DNA of 64,000 bases from Trichosphaerium sp. ATCC 40318. Taxonomy: Eukaryota; Protista; Tubulinea. The stretch covers positions 186,001 to 250,000 of the forward strand of contig JALMLS010000612.1 of NCBI GenBank assembly GCA_038496445.1, given 5' to 3'. The stretch's first letter is position 1, and every line of letters begins with the position of its first letter. The notes beneath the pieces were generated by a model. That model had not been told where the DNA came from. It ran no database searches and was given only the letters and a program-made list of their open reading frames with translations. This document shows, piece by piece, positions 10,360 through 23,000 of this stretch. The translations under genes and the position numbers were made by a program.

Positions 10360-13067
10360 ATGCATCACGTTATACTGTTTCTTGTTTTCGTTTCTATAGC
10401 GTCAGGTATGAACTTTATCAGTTTTAAATCACGTTTTTTTTCTAAACCATCCATAATAGCTTCTTCGGTCCCTGGTTTACCAAAGACACTAAATAAGCTC
10501 AGTAACCACCGTTACAAGTTTATTAACATTAGCGACCCCGAAGGTTGTAATCACCTAACTGAACCATGCGCGAAGCTAAACGACATATGGTACGCTCTTA
10601 ATCAGACTTTGTCCAAAAAGAAAAGTGAGCCGTCATTTCGGCAGCCACTTAAAACTTGCAAACGCTACTTTTGACGCACCCTCAAGCAGTTTTTCGCGTT
10701 TACAAGGATATCTTGACACTCTAACTAACGGGTAGGGGTTACGAATTTTCCGTAGAAGATGGCCCAACACAGTATTACGCCGTAATAGGTGTAGAGAATG
10801 GTATTGATATTGTTGATGTGACAACACCAACTGAACCAAAGCAAATAAAGTTCATTGGAGGCTGTGTTAATAACTGGCGTGATATTAAGAGGTAAGAGAA
10901 TAACATACTGCGTGTTGGATAACCAATATCATTTCTAAGGTGGGGAACAACACTTTATGGTATTAGTGAATACACCCAGACTTGCGATTGCCCTACAGGT
11001 ACTGCAGCATTGTTGAAATCGAGAAATACTCAACTTCTACTAAAGGCGAAGCTTGTATGGAACAACTTAATGTTACTGCTCCAGAATCACTCATAGGCAA
11101 TATGCCAATGACTGAGGGTAGACATACTCCTCAATTATCAAATGTAGGACCTATTGTACGGCGCACGTGATTCTTTAAAAAATCTCATACTGAATGTAGA
11201 GTGGAGGAGTTACTGCCGTTGCTCCATGGGAAAACAAGGCTTGTAATTACATTACCAATGAGGCAGAGATTAATGGAAATATCGCTTTGATACCAAATGG
11301 TGACTGTTCATTCGTCCAAAAGATTCTCATGGCACAACACGCTGGTACTTTATTGTTAACTACAAAATCGCTTACCAACACAAAACCCTGACTACTTGCT
11401 TAGGCGCTATTGCTGTCATAATCCAAAACGATGTAGATGATTTCATATACCCTGGGATGTCTGGATGGCAAGCGAAGCACGAGAATATAACAATACCAGG
11501 TAAACAAATTTCATTAAATTAGATCTACTTTTACTGACATAACATAGCTGTTATGATTGGTAAGACTGATGGTCAAACACTTCGTGATAATACGGACGCG
11601 CAATTATTATTGGATGCATCCGTTCGCTTCCACTCTGATTATTTCGCACCACCTGAAGGTGCGATCAATACATCCTACTACTTTCACTTGTTTTCTATTT
11701 ACTCATGTATATTTAGGTGTAACTGTCATTAATATGGAAGATCCCACGAATCCTTTACTTTCTTTCCGTCATGTTGAAGAATTTAAGTTTTCCCACAACG
11801 TATACATCGAAACAGGCCGTCCGATAATGTATGGCACCTGAGATTGCGAAAATCAAAAAGTAGGGGGCATTACTAAAGTGGGTAATTAGGTATGTATGTG
11901 GTACATCAAATGGAAGGTTCAGAGAAGGCGAGGACAGGGATTACGTAGCAAATGGTGGTATGGTTATCTACGATGTTTCAGATCCAACCAATTTAAGCCT
12001 TTTGGGCATGTGGAATGGCACCTACATCCATGATATGATGGCACATAATTTTTTGAACAGAGTTCTCTGCCGAGCATGTGATAATAGTTAATTAGGAAAG
12101 AGAGTGTGATGGAACTCATTTACTATTTGGTGCTAGTATAACTGATGACGATATCTACGTCTGGGATGTAACCTCTCCAAGTGATCCAAAAGTAGTTATG
12201 AAGTTCAGAGGTAGCTTAATTAATGTTTTACTAAAGTAGTAATATCGCTATCTTAGGAAGACAAGGCTCTGCGCACAATATATGGGTTGATAATACTTGC
12301 CGTGTCATGTATGTCACTCATGAATCTGAAAATGAACCAATAACTGTTTGGCAATTTTTCGAAGATGCAGATAAAAACATTGACTTTACTATCAACCCTA
12401 AATGTACGTTAGAGGTGAATTGATTAAAGGATCTAACACTTTCTGATTTAGACTTGGGGTCCCTTGCTTCCAATCAATTCGCTGGTACATTACCTCACAA
12501 CGTGTTGGTAAAAGATGACATACTATGGGCAGCATACTATAGCGAAGGTAGGGTTTTTTTTTAATTTGTAAGTTTTTTCTTCTCAATTGACCTTATGTAG
12601 GCGTTATCGCATGGGATATTTCTACACCTTCAATGCCAACACTTCTAGCACATTATGAAACATCTGATTTCCCTAGTACGATTAACTATTAATGTTAGCC
12701 AACTCCTAAAACTTTCTTGCAAAGGCGGATTTCATGGTGTTTGGGGAGTTTATCCATATGCTTCTAATGGTTTAATTTACGCTTCAGACAGAGAAGAAGG
12801 TGCTATAAAATCATACTTGAACGTTGCGCTATCTAACCTGATTATTAGGGTTGTTCGTATTGGAACTAGCGGATAGAGAACAAGATGTCACAGAGACAAG
12901 TTACAAAAGTACGTTAGGATTTAAATCTTTTTTTTTTAATTCAACTCACGTGATTGCTAGCTACTGCAATTGGACTTGGTGTATTCGCAGGTATTGTACT
13001 TATTGCTTTAATTGTCGTTATTATTTTGTACTTCCGAAAAGGAGGCAATGAATACGAATCGGTATAA
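10360..13067 (+). CDS. Type I membrane protein with choice-of-anchor B / LVIVD-like beta-propeller and an inserted PA domain
   Basis: Signal peptide; PA-like GNIALIPNGDCSFVQKILMAQHA|GAIAVIIQND; HNVYIE, GGMVIYDVSDP, YIHD, AHNIW, PHNVLV, AYYSEG, GVWGVYPY, YASDREEG; C-terminal TM and YESV*. Confidence 0.75.
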
Positions 13068-13398
13068 GGCACAACGTGTACCACAAAAAGCAATTTCTGA
13101 CAATAAAAAAACAAGTACCAATAAAAAAAAAGATCGCGTAATTCGCAATTACTTACCGTAAGAAACGATCGTAACTATTATTAGCAGTTTTTTAAGTGAT
13201 AGTGCTATCACTCATTGTTCTATTTAATAACATAAAACATTCTACCTAGCAGTACAAAAGTCACAAGCGTTAAGTCATATCGTGTAGTTTTTATAAGTGA
13301 TCAAAGTTGTTACTTTTTACTCTTTTACGCCACCGATAAGAAATAATCGCTAGTTGATTCTAGTGATAGTTTATTGGATATTTAAAAGGAAGAAAATA

Positions 13399-16300
13399 AT
13401 GTCCAGTAGGAAACATAATGCAGCTGTAAAAGTACGCGAACGTGAAATAGTATCCACAACAATACAACACTTGGAACTTTTTTTCAGTTTTGGGTACCAG
13501 GTCGGGCTCAAATGCGTTTAGGTAAAAGTAATATGCCGATTTCGCCCAGCAGTAAGTAAGGAAGAACGTCAAAGAGCAAGAGAGGTTGTTTTTACGTACC
13601 CAGACGACCAAACAGTTCACGTACTTTATTATTTAAATACGAGCACGTGACATTCATTTATGATATCTTTAGGCGCTTAGGGGTGACTCTGTTATTCAAA
13701 CTTTTAGATTTGATACAATACTTCGCGAGAATTGTACCCAGAGACAAGTCTTTGAGACTACAGCAAAAGATAGCGTAGAGTAAGACACCTTTGGATAGAT
13801 TAGTAATTACAAAAACAGCTTCGTATTTTATCTTTTTTTTTGCGTTCCACTTGTATGGAAGTCACGTGACGTTTCTCATAGAGGTGTTTTTCAAGGTTAT
13901 AATTGCGCTTTATTACTTTATGGACAAACAGGAGCTGGTAAGTAATCATTAGATGTATTATAATGACGTCATAAAGGAAAGTATTTTTCTGCATTCGGGA
14001 GTGATTGGAGCAACAATGAAAAATCAGGTGAAGGCTTTTTTTTTTGTTTTCTTTTCGTCGTACTTACTTCAACAACTAAAAGGTATCATTCCGCAGTCAG
14101 TTCATCACATGTTTGAGCATATTATCGCCGATACGTCAGGCACGGAATACACAATAAAATGTGCTTTTTATGGTACGGAAAGAAATCAATAGGCCTTTGT
14201 GAGATGTCTCTTGTTACAGTACATTCGTTAACAATCTATGTATGTAGAAATTCTGAATGATACCATCCGTGATTTACTTCACCCAACACGTGAAAAAGTT
14301 GTGCTTCGTGACACACCAAGAAATGGTACAGCAACAAAAAAACCGCCCACCATTACAAAAAAATTGAGTTGACATTGAACCAAAATTACTCACTTCTTTT
14401 GCCATAGGAGTATTCTTACAAGGTCTCAGCGAACCTGTACGATATCGCTATTATTAGAAAAATTGTTTTAATTAAAGTTAGTACATTACAACCGAAGAGG
14501 AAGCAGCTGAATTAATTCAATTGGGTGATAGATTCAGAGCAAAAAAACACTCCGCTAGAAATGACCCTAGTGCTAGATCACATATTATCCTTGAAATATC
14601 TGTAGGACAAAAATTAGTGGATGGTACAAAGCGAACAGGAAAACTAACATTTGCGATTCTAGCAGGTAAGCACAATGGTCAATTTTGCAATCAAGAGAAA
14701 CTCCAGAACAAAAGTTGAAAATCGAAATCTGTGTTTGTTCCTTTTTGAAGAAGTCTTCACGTAGAGTATATCACGTGATATTTTTTTATTAATGGATGCC
14801 CATTATTGTAGATATCATTGATAAGGATCAATTACAAGAAGGCTCAGGTAAAAAATTCCAATCAGCAATGCGTGCAGCAAAGGGCATCAATAAGTCACTT
14901 GCTACTTTAAGTGCATGTGTTGGTGCACTTACAAGAAAACAAAAACATATTCCATACCGCAACAGTAAATTGACGCATATCCTCAAAGTACGCGCTACAA
15001 GGATGAACATATTTTCATAGTAAATTAACACCGTTTTGTAGGATTGCCTTGGAGGAAACTGTAAAACAACTTTGGTACGCTTTGACGAAAAAAACGTGTT
15101 TGATGGAAATTGTGCCTAATACAAAACGTAGTTTATTGCCGCTTCAGCTTACTGGACCAACCACGAACAAACTCTTGCAGCTCTTAGATTTGGAAGAACG
15201 TATGACTACCTGAAGAAATGGTCACTTGAAATCTAACTCTATACCCAGCGCAACAGCTATTGAGAATCAAGTTCATGTTAATAAAGAAAGAAGTGCAAAT
15301 GAGTTGACAGAGATGGTATCTGTGTTGCAAAGACAAGTATCAAAATTAAGACGACAAAATAACGCCATGTCAATAGATTCTATGCAGGTAATACATTTTA
15401 TTCAAGTGACATACGCTTCCACACAAGCAAAACTAAAGCAAACTTTTTTTCAGAAAAATAAAAAACATGCAAGAAAGACGTCACGTGGAACACCTAAGAG
15501 AAGAGGTAGATTGAGTTCATCCTCTGAAGGAAGTGGGCACACTACGCCACCTTTAGTAAAGAGGTATTCCCAAAAACATTCGGTCATTATTAACGCAGTA
15601 ATAGAGATGCGCAGCCAGCTGTTTTGGATGTTCAAGCAATCATGAAAGCTATTAAAAATGTAAGAAAAATGTCTTTGCTTTTAACTTACTTTGTATGTTA
15701 GCTATCCGAAGACGATACAGATCAACTCAAGAGTGATCTGAACACAGAACTTCAGCTTCAATCTATCGATGATGCATCACCAGTACGTCAAAATAAGAAT
15801 CAAGTCTAGGAGTTTTAATTGTATTTTTAGGCTAGCTCGCTGCCAGACTTTGATCAAATATTGATAGATAAGGATGAAAAGGTTGTAGAGCTAACAGAAC
15901 AAATAAAAGAACTAGAAAATAAACTATTAGCGAGAGACGACGAACAAACAAAAGTGGAGCAAAAGCAACAAGACGCACTAAATGAAGTAATATTTACTGT
16001 CTTTCTTAAAAAATTCTAACTTGTTGTTTGACAGCTCCAAGCACTTAAAAAATTAAATGTTGAGTTGAAAGAACAATTACAAGCAGCTAATACATTACAA
16101 GAAGAGAGTGTCCAGAAAATAGATGAAATGGAAACTCAAAGTACTCTGATGTCTTTTAGAAACATCTGTCATTAATTTCTTCTGTTTTTAGCTCTTCGAA
16201 AACAACTAGAACTGGAGAACATGCAGGAGCGACTTGATCAAAGGGAGAAGGATATGAATGCTCTGAAGGCTGAAAAACAAATATCAGATAAACTTGGTCA

Positions 16301-17628
16301 ACAAGCAATACTTAAGAAGGAGCAACTGGCGATACGAAATGAGTACTTGGTATGAAAAAAATATGTTTGCATGATTTTAATAGTGTTGTTTTTTTTTAGA
16401 CAAGCACAAACAAAGACTTGTCAACGTCTTGTGCGGACTTGAATCGCACTGTAGAACAACTCACAGATCGCCTTCAAAATAGGCACAGTGAGGCTCTTGT
16501 TGCTGGTCAAGAGAGGTTGAACGAAAAGGGTAAACTGAGTGAAGAAGTACAAAAAAATCAATTGTTACAAACGAAAATTCAAGAGTTGGAGAAAACCAAA
16601 GAATCCCTCGAAGCTCAGGTACAGATTATTCATTAATACCTTCACTTACGCTTGAATAAAGGCTATGAAACTACGGGAAGACCTAAAAGAATACGAGATT
16701 GAGTGCTCCACATCGAAGAAGCTTCTTTCTTCAGAGTCTGAAAAAGTTTCAGAAGCAGCTAAACAAAACGAGACATTAAAGGAAGCATTAAAGAATCTGG
16801 AGATCGACCTTCGTGTACAAAAGTCTACTTCTGATCATTTATTAAAAGAAACAAAACTAAAGCACGATCACGTGCTAAATGATCTGAAAAAAGAGTTGGA
16901 GGGTACAAGCCGTTCATTGTAAAGTACAAGTTCTTACTTTTTTTTTCTTCCAGAAACCCAACAAAAATCAGTTGCTCGTAAAGATCAACTGAAGAAACTT
17001 GAAGAAGAAAATTCTACGTTGACTATGTCTCTACAAAGAGAACAGATTAAGCTTGAGCTAGTACAAAAACAAAGCGAGGAGCGCTTGGAAAGGCACACAG
17101 TGTTTGATGTTTATTTGTTATTCTTTATGTTTATCACATTTGCGACTTTGTTTATCAAGACATAACCGCCTCATTGTGGATCCCCCAAAAAAATCTTAGA
17201 AACTCATTAAAATGGGAAAGTGAAAGAAGTCGTAACTATCAATTTAGGATACTATCTCTCCAACATATGGCCGACATGGCCAAAAAGGACGACCAACCGT
17301 ACAAATACTTTTTGAATTCGAAAAACCTTTCGAGAACACTTCTCTTAACTCTTCCTTTGAACTTAGTCTAATATTCCTTTGTAGAGATGGTACTGTAGAA
17401 AATACACTCACGGACGACCTTTCCTTGCACCCAAGGTAAACTTCGTTAGCCATTTTGTAGTGAAAATCACATGAAACCTATCAAAAATTTTAGCTTTTTC
17501 TGTAAGTACTGATCTTTGTTTCTAGTCACTCAAAGGTTATGGCTACTCAAATAGTGAGACCTACAGGAAACGCAGACAACAACGCATTAGGGTTCATTGG
17601 TTTATTGAAACAGAGTCTTAGCCAATAA
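13399..17628 (+). CDS. Kinesin-1-like protein (N-terminal motor domain, long coiled coil) with degenerate catalytic motifs
   Basis: VKVICRFRP, FRFD, GYNCALLLYGQTGAG|KY, GIIPQ, NDPSARSH, KLTFAILA, INKSLATL, HIPYRNSKLTHILK|DCLGGNCKTT; E/K/Q-rich coiled-coil exons to ~17.1 kb; 3' end approximate. Confidence 0.85.
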
Positions 17629-17831
17629 AGTAAAAAGTTTAATAAGAAAAAATCTCGTTTTGAAAAAAATTGCATTGGTTGCCAGTACTGTATCTCATTA
17701 CAGCAAGAACGAATCACAAAATAATATTTATGTATACAAGTATAGCATCATAGCTACATTATGTAAATAGCAATAGAACTAAAAACGCTTCCGAGGTGAG
17801 TAAAACTGGCCATAATTCCCAATATAAAATA

Positions 17832-18314
17832 TCAAAATGTTTGTATTTTTATCGAAAACGCTGGCTTTCTTGGCTTTGTCAATTGAACTTGAGCACCATT
17901 TTTATACGTTACTTCAAACATTAATTTACCACTGATGTGCCACCGTTTATATTTGCCGTGAAGAATACCTTCCTTGTAATGAACTTCGAGTGCTTGGTTT
18001 CCATCATCGAACCATCGTTTTAACACGCCATGACGTTTGCCGTTCTCAAAATGGGCTCTTTTGTACAAATAAGGCGAGTTGTTAAAAAAACTCTTAAAAT
18101 CACCGTGTTTATCAAGGTTATTATCGTATCTTGATGTGACAGCGGTTTGGATACATAGTAACGGCCACTTCAAATAAACTTCGTGAGTTAACGAAAAAAC
18201 CGCGTGTTGTAGTTCAAGTGGAAGCTTCAGAAGCGGACAGATGCTATCTGAGTCATTTGATTCATTGCTTTCCCGTACATCTGTTATCTGCCTTCGCTTT
18301 GGCTCATTCGCCAT
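17832..18314 (-). CDS. Intronless F-box-like + MORN-variant (YwqK-like) repeat protein
   Basis: LLKLPLELQHAVF (F-box-like), then HGDFKSFF / NGKRHGVLKRWFDDG / EGILHGKYKRWHISG repeats. Confidence 0.75.
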   Translation of the reverse strand: MANEPKRRQITDVRESNESNDSDSICPLLKLPLELQHAVFSLTHEVYLKWPLLCIQTAVTSRYDNNLDKHGDFKSFFNNSPYLYKRAHFENGKRHGVLKRWFDDGNQALEVHYKEGILHGKYKRWHISGKLMFEVTYKNGAQVQLTKPRKPAFSIKIQTF

Positions 18315-18453
18315 GTTACATATACAACCAATGAGAGCTTCAGTTCAACGTAACACAACGATTTTGGTTGCCAAAGCCGTGTCAGTTGTAGAAACAGCAT
18401 CGAAGTTTTCTATTCGTTGAATTGACTTCTAAGCGAGAAATATCGACATAAAA

Positions 18454-19857
18454 ATGTTACAAACACCAATGAAGCACTGTCTCGTATGTAAAAACCCTTG
18501 TGGTTCTCAAAGCGTTCCTGTCGCGTATTGTCAGAGCTCTAAAAAAATGCTGTACTCTTGTTTGCCTTGTTCAGGTTCAGCGAGGTCTTTTTATACTCAA
18601 AAACTGAATAAAAGTCGTGCAGGTCGCCGTAGGCAAAAACCCAGGGAGTCTCGTAAACGTAAAGCCAGATCAACGCAAAAACCACAATCTATCATTCCTG
18701 TCGCTTCTCCACACGGTTCTCAACAAACAACAGTAGCCTCACTAGATTTTACCCACGTAGTATTCGACTCGAACTGTTTTATTGAATATCTACCTTGTAT
18801 CTCTGCCCTACACAACTACGGGTTCAAAGTTGTTGTCCCATTCGTAGGTACGTCCTTTTTCTTTATTGTAAACTCGCGCAAGATAAAGTGGAACGCTGTA
18901 AATAAAATGTATTCCATTGACCCTATAGACTTCGTTTCTTCGTCGCCTAGACAGATCGTTCTACAACTCAGTTCCTAGCTTGATCTCTTTTTCTGAAATT
19001 CTGTTTTTTTTCTTTTACTCACTCTGTTCTAGTTCTACAAGAACTCGACGGTCTCAAGAATGGCAAAGGTGACGTTGCTTACAAAGCTAGAAGAGCGATC
19101 GGAACCCTCTATGATATTCTATCACGCGACAATCAAACATGGCTCAAAGGACAATCCCTTAGTGAACGTTTCTTTACAAACTTTGGAAACAACGGAAACA
19201 ATGATGATTTGATTTTGGATTGCGCGTTGTTTTACCATAACAACGTAGCAAAGAATAAGACTATTCTAGTAACAACGGTACGTAAACCAGGTTTTTGCAG
19301 GCTTGACTTTTTTTCTTTTTCCGCAAACAATAAGCTCACTCACCTTCTAGGACAAAGCTCTTCTTGTTAAGGCTAAATTCAATTCATTGAGATCTCAGAA
19401 AACAATTGATTTCTTGAAATCTCTACCTCCAGACGCCACGATTCAATTCGTAGAGCCAGACATGAATCCCAGACCAAAGAAAATTGCGCGCGTAGCTAAA
19501 ACCGTGCAACGCGAAATATTCCCTGAACCGAAAAAAATAAAAAAACAAGCTCTTGACGCTACCCATCCGGCGTTAATTGCTCAAAATATTGATTTGTTAC
19601 CACCAGAGTTGTGGACTAAAATTTTAACACATTGTCACCCAATGGACGTTTTAACAGCCACACCGCTTGTATGTAAGCGATGGCATAACTTAGTGAACAG
19701 AGACTCCGTTTTTCGCTCTTGTGTTCGAAATACGTTTAATGATACTCAAGACGTACTAATACCAAAATTAAGGAACTCTAGGAAGTGGTATATTCAATGG
19801 AAATGGCAGACTTCTCCGTCATCACTTAAGGGTATAAACATAACCAAATACTTGTAA
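18454..19857 (+). CDS. PIN-domain (SWT1/SMG6-like) nuclease fused to a C-terminal F-box, with an N-terminal Cys cluster
   Basis: VVFDSNCFI, VPFV|VLQELDGLK, ARRAI, NNDDLILDCA, ILVTT|DKALLVKA; then IDLLPPELWTKILTH...VCKRWHNLV; introns ~18848-19032 and ~19278-19350. Confidence 0.85.
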
Positions 19858-20075
19858 ATAATTGGTAAAAACCATCTTGTACTTTAGAAATAAAAAAAAC
19901 TAAAACAAAAATCTGCGTTGTAAGCTCTCAAGAACCCTGAACAAAGTATCCACTTAAAAATACCAATCATTCCAGTTTGAAACTGGCGTTGTAATATTTA
20001 TCACACATGAAGCGTCATGCATTTTAGTGTAAACCGTTATCTTAAATTACTTTTTTATTCTATCTCAAAACTTTC

Positions 20076-23000
20076 TTACTTTGTGTTTTCCTTTGTTTGA
20101 GCATGTATTACACCTTGTAAATATCCATCGTATTGTTCCATAGAATGTTTATCTAGGCACATTATCAAATCAATATCCATGTCTCGCAACCAATCTTTAG
20201 CTCTCGCTCTATCTATCTGTGAAATACCATCATCGAGTTCGTAGTATTCACCTATTGGCTCGTACTTTAATACATCAGAAATCTTAATTAAGTAACTAAT
20301 CCAACTTGAAACCAGGTCTGCAAAAGATAGGATTGCCTTTGGTCCCTTTAACAGTATTGACGGAACAAGGTCTCCCTTTTGAAAAAAAAAGTTAACACTA
20401 CAATAACAAAACAGCTTCCGTACCTTCCTGACAAAGTTGTGTATCTGGTCTTCAACTTTCTTTTGCCTAGCTGCTTCTTTTAGCTGTGAGTCACCAATCA
20501 GAGGAGCTCCAAACGTAATAACTAAGCAACAATGAGCTAAATTTTTGACACAACAAACTTAACCTGTAACATTGCTGAAGTACTTTGCATCTAGGTCTGC
20601 AATTAGCCTGAAGAACACCCCTTGCGCTATTGCTCCACCTAACATCTCTATATTAGATATTTATGTACTATCAGCGAACAAACCTAAACTGTGTCCTGCC
20701 AGAATAACTTTTTTGCCAGCTTTCAAGCTTTTTAGCATTAATTCCAAATCAACTTTCTGTGCTATGTCATAAAACCCTTTGTGCATCTTTCCACCAAAAG
20801 CTGGTACTTGAACAGCCTTTAAATTTACTTTAGCATCGTCTAATGTTTTTTCAAAAGAAGTCCCTAGAAATGAATAAACAAATAACTGAAGGAAAAAAAA
20901 ACCCAAGAAAGTACTTACCTCTAAAACCATAGATAATTTTGTTTTCTCCTTTTATAGTAGCCACTGTTACGTGTTCATCAAAACTTTGTTTACCAAATGA
21001 CATTACATCAATGACATCCCTTGCTATTATTTTTTCCCTAAATTTCTCATCATAGGCCGCTCTACTAATCATGGCAGCGTAATGAGTGTCCTAACATAAA
21101 ACTCAGTTTTTGTTTTGAGAATGAATTGTACCTTGCAAATTTTCCCTTCAGGTACGATACATTCCCAACTGGGGGAAAGTGTAACTATTACTTTCATGTC
21201 ATTTAAGGTTTGCTTTGAAGGTGATACTTGTGCGAGGAATTCGTCTGCTTTTTTGATTGTATCTTCATTTGGTTTGACGTTGGTTGCAAACTGTTTCATT
21301 TCTTTTTTTAAGGATCTCAATTTTGACATAGCTGTGTTGATGCTATCGAAATGCTTGTTCAATGTAGTGCATTGTTTATGCATCAATGATGAAAGATGTG
21401 TGGTTGGTGTAGAATAAATATGGCAATAGTCGCAAATTGTTTTTCTTTTTCCAAAAACCTTATATTTCTTTTTGCCCTTGTGTGAACCGCAGTGACCACA
21501 ATTCTGTACGTGTGCGGATGATATCTGATTCTTGAGTGTCGATATTGAAGAGCCAATGTTTAGCGGTTTCTCTAAAACGGGGCAAGAAAAATCTGAAGTA
21601 TATCCGTATTGTTGTAATATCACATGTTCTTTTTCTAGTCCATCACAGATTTTCTGTATTGATTTATGAGGAAACATATCAGGTGATCCCCAAGCTGAAA
21701 CAAAGCTATTAAAATCGCTTTCTAGTTTACTTTCTACATTCCCTTTATTCGCGGACGTTTTTGGATGGATATAATTAGAAACAGCATCACTACAACTTTG
21801 TTGATAGCGTCTGTGTTTTTCTCTTTCTGATGTCACTGTAGCTTCCAACTCAGTGTTTATACCATCCACCTGGGTAAATAAGAAATGAGAACGTTTGTAG
21901 GATAGTAAGTGCAACTACGTTTTGTGTCGTATTTGAAGAAAAACAGCTTTTTTTTTTACCCACACAATCATGTGGCTATTCAATTCGCAAAAAGTACTGC
22001 AACCACAAAGGTGTACATACCTCTAATTCATCTAATCGAGATGCAACACTGTTTAACAGTTGCTTTTCTTTTTTGATCTCTTGTTCTCTTTTTATCTTAG
22101 CACCATGCGCATCTTCTTCTAGCGTCTGTATGGCGGCTTGTACCGCTTCAATATTTCCCATATGCTTAACATGTTTTCTGTTTTCCGCCAAGAATTTGTT
22201 CAAAGCACGTTCAAGCTCTGGAAGACCACTAGCTTCTAATACAGCGGAGCACGCTTCAGATCTACCAAGATTGTTATCTAACAACCATTCTAGAACCCTA
22301 AAAGGTAACATTAAGCGTTGCACTTTTGTGAAGTTGTATGACATACTTAGATTCTTTGGGAGAGAGCTTAGCATTTGAACATATGCGAGCGAGAAGAGCA
22401 TCTCTGGCACTTATTGGAAAGACTTGATCCTGGCTTATTGATATACCAGCTGTATGAAACGCATCTACCCCAGCTTTTTTGAGGGTAGAGTAGCAGTAGC
22501 TGTGGTCGTCCTGATCTTCTGGTTTACCGTTGTCTATCGAATCAATACATTTGTTTAAAAAGTTGACAACCACAAAAAGACGATGACTGTTCTGTTCGAA
22601 GAATAGAGGTCTAACTTTTAGTACGTATTCTATTTGCTCATTAAGATCCTTTGATTGATCGCCTCCCCATTTTATCATGAATATAATGGCATCAGAGGAA
22701 GCCACTTGAGCGATTGACTAGAAAAAAATGAGAACGAGCTAAAGTGAAGGGTACGAACCTTGTCTTTACATACTTGACCAGCTTTGCTTTGAACAACATC
22801 ATTATATCCTCCAGTGTCAATTAAAGTAAGAGGAAAGTCATCGTCTGATGTTGGTTTCAACATGATATTATTAGTTTTAACAACTAGGTCAAGGTCTGTA
22901 AACTGTAATACTGGGCCATCGTTAAACGAATCAAGTGAATTAACTTGTATCAACCTATGTGCCAATAAACAAACTTACACATGAAATATTTTTAAAGAAT

